In this document: positions 58,501 through 64,000 of the stretch, piece by piece
Numbering within the stretch: position 1 is the stretch's first letter
Layout of the letters: every line of letters starts with the position of its first letter
Source of the DNA: Tubiluchus corallicola
Lineage: Eukaryota > Animalia > Priapulida
Direction: 5' to 3'
Assembly (NCBI GenBank): GCA_030141605.1
Contig: JAQGDQ010000368.1
Location: forward strand, 62,001-126,000
DNA: 64,000 nt
Notes under the pieces: model-generated
Told to the model about the DNA's origin: nothing
Seen by the model: the letters and a program-made list of their open reading frames with translations, nothing else
The model's database searches: none
Translations under genes and position numbers: made by a program

Positions 58501-61500
58501 TGGAATTATGAATTCAGTTTGGGATTTGTATCTATACAACTATTCTTTGCATCTTTATGATATTTCAATCATTCCTACTTATACAGTCTAGTTGGACCAA
58601 TACAACAGGTACTGCTAAACTACTTATCTTGTTTTATTTCATGCTGTATTTATTTTAAACATAGTTTTATTTGGCTTGAATCAGACAGTTAATTATAACT
58701 GATACAGAGATTCTCCCCAATATACAAAAATATACAATGTACAAAAATAACGTGCAAGATTTACATTGGAAGTTGACATGAATTAATAGGCCTATAGTAC
58801 CATACCATTGAAAATAATCAAACATGACTGCACAATACAGACTAGGTCATAATATAGGTCATAATTAGGTCATTGTATATTGTATATTGGCTATGCAGCA
58901 TAACAATGTGAAAAAAATTAACAGTTAAAAAATAAAACATTGTTTCAGAAGATGTGTGTGCTAGTTTGCAGCCGGTAGTCCATAGTTCAAAATTAGATGT
59001 TGTTCTTCTTGTTATTCAAGATACTGAGGCAATTTGTTTAATATGTCGATTGCTACACATTATCGGTTATTTATCTTTTCAGAATTAATGAAGCATTTTT
59101 GAGAAGCACAAATGACATAACGACATTCACATACTTACTTTCTTCACATTCAGCACCAGTCAAGCCAGCCGGGCAGTCACCTAAACATTTACCGCTTATG
59201 TGATGACATTTGGTTGACGTAAGACACTGACATTGTACAGAACAATTAACTCCATACCAGCCTTCCTCACAGACGTGCTCACATGATTCACCATGGAAAC
59301 CAGTGCGGCATAAACACTCGCCTGTCTGCATAAAAAATAAGCAAATGCAATAAACTGGAGAACAAACTTATGTTAAGAATTTAAACTGGGACTTCCAGCT
59401 AATTTAATTAATTAGTTAACTCATGATCATTAGTTTATCATTGGAACATAGTCTGGATACGAAACAGAGCCTATAGAATACAAGTCCTAAAACATGCAAT
59501 TGGAGATTAATATTTTAACTGAAATGGCTAGCTAATTTGGTAATTAATTAATGTATGATAATTAATTGATCATTAGTTGGATCATTAGTTCATGAAGTGG
59601 AGCACTTTAGGATAAAGTCTCATTCCATAAACAATAGACTAAAAATACATTCAGCTTAGTTTTGTTTCAAACATCTATATAACTTTTGCCAAACCCTTGA
59701 CCAAAAAAATTAAAATTAACCCTTTCACTATGGAAGGCGGCACACTGCCGTCTATGTTTTTTATGTGAGGAACGGAAAGCGGTAGACTGCTGCCTAAGCT
59801 CAACACTAAGTGTAGTCACCCAGGTCTGTTTATTTCACTGTTACGGCCATGCAAAACATTGTAAAAAAGTTTAACAGCCGTGGGATTGTGCTTGCTTCAC
59901 AGCCAGTAACCTAACCAGCCAATCAGCATCTCAAGCCAGCTCCATTCCACAATACTGTACTGTATGTTATGTTGCCATGCAAAATCACTTGTAGATCGTA
60001 GACGAAACGTATGTTTAGTTGACTGTTCTGCATTCTTATAATATGATTGCATATTATGGATTAGTATTGTGTCTTTTGTAAAAACAGGTTTCTAAATATA
60101 AGTAAGAGCTTATTTATGATTGTGCATGGGTGTGTGTATGTGTGTGTGTGCGTGCGTGTGCGTGAGTGCATGTACGTGTGCTCATATGTGTCTACATGTG
60201 TAGTAGTAAAGTTAATGTTTAATATTAGCACTCAATAACGAACAACTATTTGTTTATTTACAAGATTCTGTTTTAGTAACACACCACAAGAAGACTAATA
60301 CACCAATGTTCAGAAGTCAATGTGGCGTAGTTAAAAAGCAACAATGTAGTGAAAGGGTTAAGCCGATGTATAAACAAAAATAGTATGTATTCCAAGAATC
60401 CATCACAACCTTAAAAGTTAAAACTGCTAAGGCTCAGTCCTTAAAACTGAAAGCCACCATTACATAAGAAACACACAAAACAACCAACACATCAGCTGTT
60501 AACATATTGCTAAAGAAAAGCCAATGAATCAGTAAACACAATTCTTTTGGAAGCAAATTTACTAAAAATTTAAAACTCAATTAAAATTTAATTTTTTCCA
60601 ATTAAATCATCATCGTCATCCAGTAACAAATTATACAGAGAAAAAGAACACTGTCAATCATTCATACCTGAGGATCGCATCGTGTAGTCTGGTTCCAAAT
60701 GCAGTGGCATTCTTGGTTGCAATTTGGACCAAAGTTTCGATCAGGACAGGGAAGTTCGCAATATGGACCAAAATAACCCGACCTACAGATACAGTAACCA
60801 AATGTACGATCACAAGTCTGGCTGGGACATGGAGTAGGACATTCCTTTTCACAGTCTCTGCCAAAATAACCTGTAATATAAAATCAAATTACGTGAGCAT
60901 GTATTCGTGTCAGCATGAATTTGAGTACAAGACTTAAGGAAAGCACATTTGAATGCTTGGATTTGGACTAAACCATTAAATGTATAAATTTATAGCATTA
61001 TCTTTAAATTAATAAATTTAGGTCATCGCGTTTGAATACACGTCACATTTAAAATTGGATTCCAAATAGTGAACATCGTGTTATTACAAATTAGAAATAT
61101 TATAACATTCACATTTGACTAGCAAAAGCTCAGCAAAAATTTAGAGTATTGAGCACTTATAATCAATAATGCACGAACATTTTACATAGTGTTCATTTAT
61201 AACGCAAGCTCAATAGCAGTTTCTACTGAAGCAGAGTACAATGGAATGACGTCAGAACAATGGCTTTCAGTCGGCAGATTACGAAGCGAGAACCTTGAAT
61301 GGAACCTCGAATCAACTGGTCGCTACTCATCCTGGTGGAGGTTCCTCAAGGAAGACCCACATCCATTTGTAGGCCTTTTCAAAAGAGCTATATATATCCT
61401 TACGGGAACCTCTATACACGGTGTTAGGACAAAATTTTGAAAAAAATTGGGAGTTGCATCCACGATAACACCCATTATGGAAAACCGTGGCTCTCCCACT

Positions 61501-63319
61501 AATTTAAAATACGCCTACTACATCTATATATATATAGTATGCTCATATATGAACAAATTTTCCCTTTCATTTTTTCCTTCAACAAACTTCGTGTAACTGA
61601 AATCTATAACTCAAACCGAATTGCTGATACAACTCTTAAGAATCTGACTGAATTGCCTTGCCTAAATAGAACAGCCTATCAAGTGAAAAAATCCTACACA
61701 AAAGTGCGCACAACATTACCTTTTTAGCTGCAAGTTTCAGCAAAAATGCTAAGATTTCTTGTATACCTTAGCAGAACGCTGCACACAATGTGGTTAACGA
61801 ACTTGGTTTAACGTAGATCACAATATTTTTATTGCCGAATTCTATCAACCATGCTACTCAGTCTACAATAGACGTGCACCCGTCATTTTGTTTTTTGATT
61901 ATTCATAAAAATATATATGTATGTAAACTACTACACGCTTACTACTATATACATATGTAAAGCACCCTATACCACCAGAACTAATTATAAGACATTACTG
62001 TTTTGTTAACTGAATAATTAGTTGAATATAACTGTCATTTCTCTACCTGGAGGACATCCATCTTCGCAAAACTCTCCTTCAATGCCGGGCAAACACACAC
62101 AGCTGCCATCTACTGGGTTGCACGTGCCACCATTATAACAAGAGCATGTTCCTTTGCACTCAACACCGTAAGTTTCCTATAAATAACAGCTTATTACATA
62201 TAAACAGTAGCAGAAAGGCACTGAAGTAAAAGCATTTCTAAATGAACATGGAAACAATGAATATTGTATAGGTAAAAAAATAAACAACTTATAAACAAAA
62301 GATGCATAGAACAAGTAACAATCGCAAAATAGACAAAAATACGGGAAATTCATTATTTCACAAATCTAAACTCTAGTAAATCACTAAAAAACTTTATTCG
62401 ACTTCTGCATAATATAGTCATGTAAGTATTAAACATTAAATGATAGGCAATATTTGGTCGCAATTATTGTAACTGGGAGGTCATAATATACAATAAACTA
62501 CATATAACTCGAATTCCTGCGTATCTCAAACAGACCTTAGGGAACGGATTTTCTCTCTTTCAGTTTTTCCTTTAAATATCTTGCAACTGGAATTATTGCG
62601 TAACTCAAACCAAATTCCCGATACAATTCTTAACAATCTGACTGAAATTACTTTGTCGAATAGCCTCCCAAGCGAGAAGTCCTACATGATTTTAGCTGCT
62701 AGTTTCAGCAAAAATGCAAAGATTTCTTGTATTACCTTAGCAGAATGCTGCACACAACATGGCTTAATGAACCTAGTTTTATATAGATCACAATATTTTT
62801 ATTGTCGAATTTTATTAACCATGCTACTCAGACTACAATAGAGGTGGATCAGTCATTTTGCTTTCGATTAATTATAAAAATTTTTGGGTATTTGATAAAT
62901 AGCTTGGTTTATTATTTTCACAGATTATAGTGTTACTCGTGTATTGTCTGATGTTGATGAGTGACTCAATCTTGTTTTCTCACAAACACTATCTAACTCG
63001 TACTTTTGCATAACTCGAACAAATTTTCCAGTCCCAAGCTGTTTCAAGTTATACATAGTTTACTGAATTATCATTTGCTGAGAAAAGTACAAAACCATGA
63101 AGCTGTTTTTACAATCAAGCTAGAACAAAACATATTCTTAATGCCAGGAAGGAAAATAACTCTACTAATAAGGTACCTTAGGGCAAGTAGCGTTACAAAG
63201 AACATCAGTCCAGCCAGCAGGGCAGAGACAAGCCTGCTGTTCTGGGTTGCATATACCACCATTCTGACACATGGAGCAGGTAAGACTGCAGTCATCACCA
63301 AAGTAACCAGGTCGACACT
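31509..63319 (-). CDS. MEGF6: Multiple EGF-like domains protein 6-like gene, 3' portion (21 exons, 2991 nt, ~23 eight-cysteine EGF/laminin-EGF-type repeats); the 5' end lies beyond the window
   Basis: All 21 exons have AG/GT boundaries and join in frame without stops. The first repeats ([33 protein letters not shown]; [11 protein letters not shown]; the atypical [12 protein letters not shown] and [10 protein letters not shown] repeats) follow the order I recall for the C-terminal repeat array of MEGF6. No transmembrane exon is seen after the last repeat. Confidence 0.88.
32466..32591 (-). CDS. MEGF6: MEGF6-like exon
   Basis: [41 protein letters not shown]; 126 nt. Confidence 0.92.
33790..33918 (-). 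CDS. MEGF6: MEGF6-like exon
   Basis: [42 protein letters not shown]; 129 nt. Confidence 0.92.
33962..34076. mobile_element. 115-bp PIF/Harbinger-like palindromic MITE
   Basis: CAGGGTCCGGTTTCATAAAGCCGTTGCTAAGCTAA pairs with TTAACTTAGTGACAGCTCTGTGAAACCGGCCCCTG; the superfamily is inferred from the GG-rich termini and CWG flanks. Confidence 0.65.
34207..34515 (+). repeat. (TA)n plus long pure (CATA)n microsatellite
   Basis: About 59 CATA units from ~34268 to ~34505. Confidence 0.97.
34801..35081. mobile_element. Solo LTR (Gypsy-like)
   Basis: 281-bp GC-richer island with TG...CA ends, perfect 7-bp inverted termini TGTTGCG/CGCAACA and a 4-bp direct flank ATAT on both sides (34797-34800, 35082-35085). 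Confidence 0.7.
35527..35655 (-). CDS. MEGF6: MEGF6-like exon
   Basis: [42 protein letters not shown]; 129 nt. Confidence 0.92.
36807..37481. mobile_element. Tc1/mariner(pogo)-type MITE
   Basis: TA|CAGTCAACCTTGGATGTAAGG ... CCTTATGCCCGAGGTGGACTG|TA; repeated internal GTCCCTTATA motifs. Confidence 0.8.
37697..37825 (-). CDS. MEGF6: MEGF6-like exon
   Basis: [42 protein letters not shown]; 129 nt. Confidence 0.92.
38073..38354 (+). repeat. Tandem repeat, 99-bp unit x ~2.8
   Basis: Units begin AGACCTA(T/A)AGATGAATTATAA at 38073, 38172 and 38271. Confidence 0.92.
38415..38543 (-). CDS. MEGF6: MEGF6-like exon
   Basis: [42 protein letters not shown]; 129 nt; donor GTTTGT. Confidence 0.91.
39209..39337 (-). 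CDS. MEGF6: MEGF6-like exon
   Basis: [42 protein letters not shown]; 129 nt. Confidence 0.92.
39760..40139 (+). mobile_element. 3' remnant of a non-LTR retrotransposon (CR1/L2-like)
   Basis: [13 protein letters not shown] resembles the ORF2 terminal FKxxLK motif. It is followed by a 3' UTR stem-loop (CAGTTTGGCCT..AGGCTCAAACTG), AATAAATAAA and an A-rich tail. Confidence 0.45.
40356..40969. mobile_element. hAT-like non-autonomous element
   Basis: TIRs TAAGGCTGTAACGATAC / GTATCGCTACAGGCCTT with repeated (C/T)GATAC subterminal motifs. Confidence 0.65.
41168..41296 (-). CDS. MEGF6: MEGF6-like exon
   Basis: [42 protein letters not shown]; 129 nt. Confidence 0.92.
41622..41747 (-). CDS. MEGF6: MEGF6-like exon
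   Basis: [41 protein letters not shown]; 126 nt. Confidence 0.92.
41945..42554 (+). mobile_element. piggyBac-like MITE, decayed copy (intact copy at 59720..60357)
   Basis: Colinear ~600-bp match to 59720..60357; right end GTAGCAAAAGGG|TTAA; left TIR degenerate. Confidence 0.8.
42621..42749 (-). CDS. MEGF6: MEGF6-like exon
   Basis: [42 protein letters not shown]; 129 nt; not in the ORF track. Confidence 0.92.
43183..43312 (+). repeat. Compound pentanucleotide array TTATA-TTATG-TTACG-TTACA-TTATA
   Basis: TTATG x5 (one TTATT interruption), TTACG x7, TTACA x9. Confidence 0.95.
43378..44012. mobile_element. TIR element (~33-bp imperfect TIRs), possibly with a nested insertion
   Basis: GCTTGCAAAGCAAAATTGTCCATAAGTTGGCGT pairs with ATGCCGACTTATGGATGCTTTTGGTTGGCAAGC; no clear TSD. 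Confidence 0.6.
44132..44260 (-). CDS. MEGF6: MEGF6-like exon
   Basis: [42 protein letters not shown]; 129 nt. Confidence 0.92.
45622..45750 (-). CDS. MEGF6: MEGF6-like exon
   Basis: [42 protein letters not shown]; 129 nt; weaker donor GTTCGT. Confidence 0.9.
46306..47247. mobile_element. Harbinger-like non-autonomous element, ~940 bp
   Basis: TIRs AAGCCGTGTTACACAGAG / CTCTGTGTGACACGGGCCT in a TTA/TAA context; subterminal TAATCCGTAAGG / CCTACGGATTA motifs. Confidence 0.7.
47596..47724 (-). CDS. MEGF6: MEGF6-like exon
   Basis: [42 protein letters not shown]; 129 nt. Confidence 0.92.
48801..48915. mobile_element. Left end of a Tigger/pogo-like element
   Basis: TA|CAGTAAGTCCTCGCT followed by repeated TT(A/T)A(A/G)(C/T)GACG motifs; the right end was not located. 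Confidence 0.45.
49632..50041. mobile_element. hAT-like MITE with TTCGAA subterminal repeats
   Basis: TIRs TAGGGCTGAGCAT / ATGCTCACCCCTA; 8-bp flanks GTGCATAT / GCGTATAT (6 of 8 match) fit a decayed 8-bp TSD. Confidence 0.8.
50186..50443 (-). CDS. MEGF6: MEGF6-like exon (two repeats)
   Basis: [85 protein letters not shown]; 258 nt, phase 1-1. Confidence 0.93.
50859..50987 (-). CDS. MEGF6: MEGF6-like exon (3' of the receptor-containing intron)
   Basis: [42 protein letters not shown]; 129 nt, phase 1-1. Confidence 0.92.
53541..53571 (+). promoter_or_regulatory. Putative core promoter of the IR-like gene
   Basis: TATAAAAG at 53554-53561, 111 nt upstream of the ATG; reverse CCAAT (ATTGG) at 53541-53545; E-box CAGCTG at 53566-53571. 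Confidence 0.55.
53665..55047 (+). CDS. Intronless ionotropic glutamate receptor family protein (variant ionotropic receptor, IR-like), 460 aa, no amino-terminal domain; nested antisense in MEGF6 intron 50988..56666
   Basis: Signal-peptide-like N-terminus; S1 (LLRVG..DPM; NFTYKV; [26 protein letters not shown]); M1 ([11 protein letters not shown]..); pore loop YLQQG; M3 [28 protein letters not shown]; S2 (FSTLQELI; YTFFTEGT; [29 protein letters not shown]); M4 ([22 protein letters not shown]). Uninterrupted 1383-nt ORF with an A-rich Kozak context CAAAAATG. Confidence 0.93.
   Translation: MSFASFLKTCAIVCYFLECFWTAGMSCKTKTRTENCNSLYNQYNLDAIYGKNFRTQGYSLHGELLRVGEWRDDPMKAYLDQLLPILSQAANFTYKVTYIKHLQTLKNAIDTGEFDLLLALCTILPERTKSMTFLHPLAYNSYVFITKRHRLQDFSIIDPFTTPVWLLVVLYGIVVGTILYYIDYSRNLPCNEEEILKCSNCQRKLEKPVIKIESKAYFTRFTLSSYLQQGGTYLPQCLSARMLIGWWWIFACIITAMYMGTLVSKLFVSKQVYPFSTLQELIDSDIIPVTLGQYSPTLQMKNRPEFRQLWQRMETDPNVPADSAETALELTATGKYTFFTEGTYAKFYLINDYELHGKCRFSIASSLSFSTPLALVVPKKSKYTEDLNFALATLKEHGLVDKLPQQLLQPLEKCLGPPVQHVGTLSINVEQLNVVFWGLTYGIGAALFTLIIELAYKKFM
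55212..55420 (+). mobile_element. Left-end fragment of the same MITE family, ~165 bp downstream of the IR stop
   Basis: TA|CGGTAAACTATGTATAACTTGAAC...TGCGTATCTCGAAC matches the left end at 62491. Confidence 0.65.
55473..55579 (+). repeat. (GT)n microsatellite
   Basis: Read directly from the sequence. Confidence 0.97.
55580..56345 (-). mobile_element. 5'-truncated LINE remnant (CR1/L2-like ORF2 end and 3' UTR)
   Basis: The minus strand ~56260-56098 reads [54 protein letters not shown] (one frameshift), the typical ORF2 C-terminal pattern. It is followed by a 3' UTR containing a 105-bp tandem duplication (55735, 55840), AATAAA (55586-55591) and an abutting (CA)n. Confidence 0.65.
56667..56795 (-). 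CDS. MEGF6: MEGF6-like exon (5' of the receptor-containing intron)
   Basis: [42 protein letters not shown]; 129 nt, phase 1-1. Confidence 0.92.
57138..57266 (-). CDS. MEGF6: MEGF6-like exon
   Basis: [42 protein letters not shown]; 129 nt, phase 1-1. Confidence 0.92.
57414..57523 (+). repeat. Minisatellite, 22-bp unit x5
   Basis: TAGTAACTTAATGAATAAAAAA repeated head-to-tail with no spacers. Confidence 0.92.
59139..59325 (-). CDS. MEGF6: MEGF6-like exon
   Basis: [62 protein letters not shown]; 187 nt, phase 0-1. Confidence 0.92.
59720..60357 (+). mobile_element. piggyBac-like MITE, 638 bp
   Basis: TTAA|CCCTTTCACTA ... TAGTGAAAGGG|TTAA: an intact TTAA TSD and CCC...GGG termini. Confidence 0.88.
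60668..60870 (-). CDS. MEGF6: MEGF6-like exon
   Basis: [67 protein letters not shown]; 203 nt, phase 1-0. Confidence 0.92.
61545..61890 (+). mobile_element. Internal fragment of the same MITE family as 62491..63065
   Basis: Shares TTTCAGCAAAAATGC..AGATTTCTTGTAT..CCTTAGCAGAA..TAGATCACAATATTTTTATTG..CCATGCTACTCAG. Confidence 0.75.
62047..62176 (-). CDS. MEGF6: MEGF6-like exon
   Basis: [43 protein letters not shown]; 130 nt, phase 0-1. Confidence 0.92.
62491..63065. mobile_element. Tc1/mariner-type MITE family, near full-length copy
   Basis: TIRs CAATAAACTACATATAACTCGAA / TTCAAGTTATACATAGTTTACTG; related partial copies at ~61545..61890 and ~55212..55420. Confidence 0.75.
63177..63319 (-). CDS. 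MEGF6: MEGF6-like exon (first in window)
   Basis: [47 protein letters not shown]; 143 nt, phase 1-0. Confidence 0.9.
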
Positions 63320-64000
63320 CTACAGAAAAAAGAAAAGTTGCAGATTGACCATTTCTATATATTAAATATAAACGTAATTGAATATTAAGTACAGTAAAGT
63401 TGAAAACAATATTTCTCAAATAGCGTCTAACTTTAAAATCAATTTTAATTTACATACTCACATGCATCAAGAAAAGCAAAGAATACAGTAGTTAGCTCTG
63501 CTAATCGGTTAGTCGGTTTAATCATGAAGTAAGTAAAGCACAAGAACAGGTATATGATTAAATTAGTATAGCAACAGCAAACATTTTATGTTCATTATTT
63601 TCATATTAAAAATATGCAGTCGAAATTTCAAGTATTTACAAATACTTCACACATTCCCAGATGACCACTTGCCTTTATTCTATATGGACAGCACAGAGAG
63701 CATCACTTACGATATGTGTAAAAAGAAACAGTGCAAAATTTTTAATTTAAGGCAAAAAATTACATTGCAACAGCTAAAAGTCTTTAATTCACTATGTAAT
63801 TCTGTCTCCAAGAAAATACATTTCAGTAATTGCGCCCAAAACAAAAAGCAAGCAAATTTGATGGCAATATGTTAGTTTACAGCAAAAGGAGATGCTTAGT
63901 ACTTTTTATATTATTAAAATTAAAGTAGTTGACAATTATTTTATTTTAACCATGACACATTTTGTTGATCCTGTCAACTTTTTCAAGTGGTCTGCAAAAA

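Noticed and set aside
31509-63319. Calling the EGF gene MEGF10/MEGF11/Draper, a scavenger receptor or a laminin
   Set aside because: About 23 repeats in the window alone, a MEGF6-like order of atypical repeats, and no transmembrane or NPxY tail found.

Overview
AT-rich, intron- and microsatellite-rich animal (invertebrate-type) genomic DNA, not prokaryotic. Three protein-coding genes can be assembled by eye. (1) A complete 3-exon NK6-class homeobox gene (Nkx6/HGTX) on +, join(310..706,2471..2649,17525..17716), 255 aa, with a 14.9-kb second intron; exon 3 is missing from the ORF track. (2) The 3' part of a MEGF6-like multiple-EGF gene on -, with 21 clear exons between 63319 and 31509 (2991 nt in continuous frame), an unresolved terminal exon near 30.3-30.8 kb and a probable ~5-kb 3' UTR converging on Nkx6. 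(3) An intronless 460-aa ionotropic glutamate receptor/IR-like channel (53665..55047, +) with no amino-terminal domain, nested antisense in a MEGF6 intron with its own TATA box; this is the most interesting item. The introns also hold many small DNA-transposon relics (piggyBac-, hAT-, Tc1/mariner-, Harbinger- and Kolobok-like MITEs), a solo LTR, LINE 3' remnants, local duplications, long hairpins and simple repeats. All assignments are from manual reading and recalled family motifs; no database searches were run.
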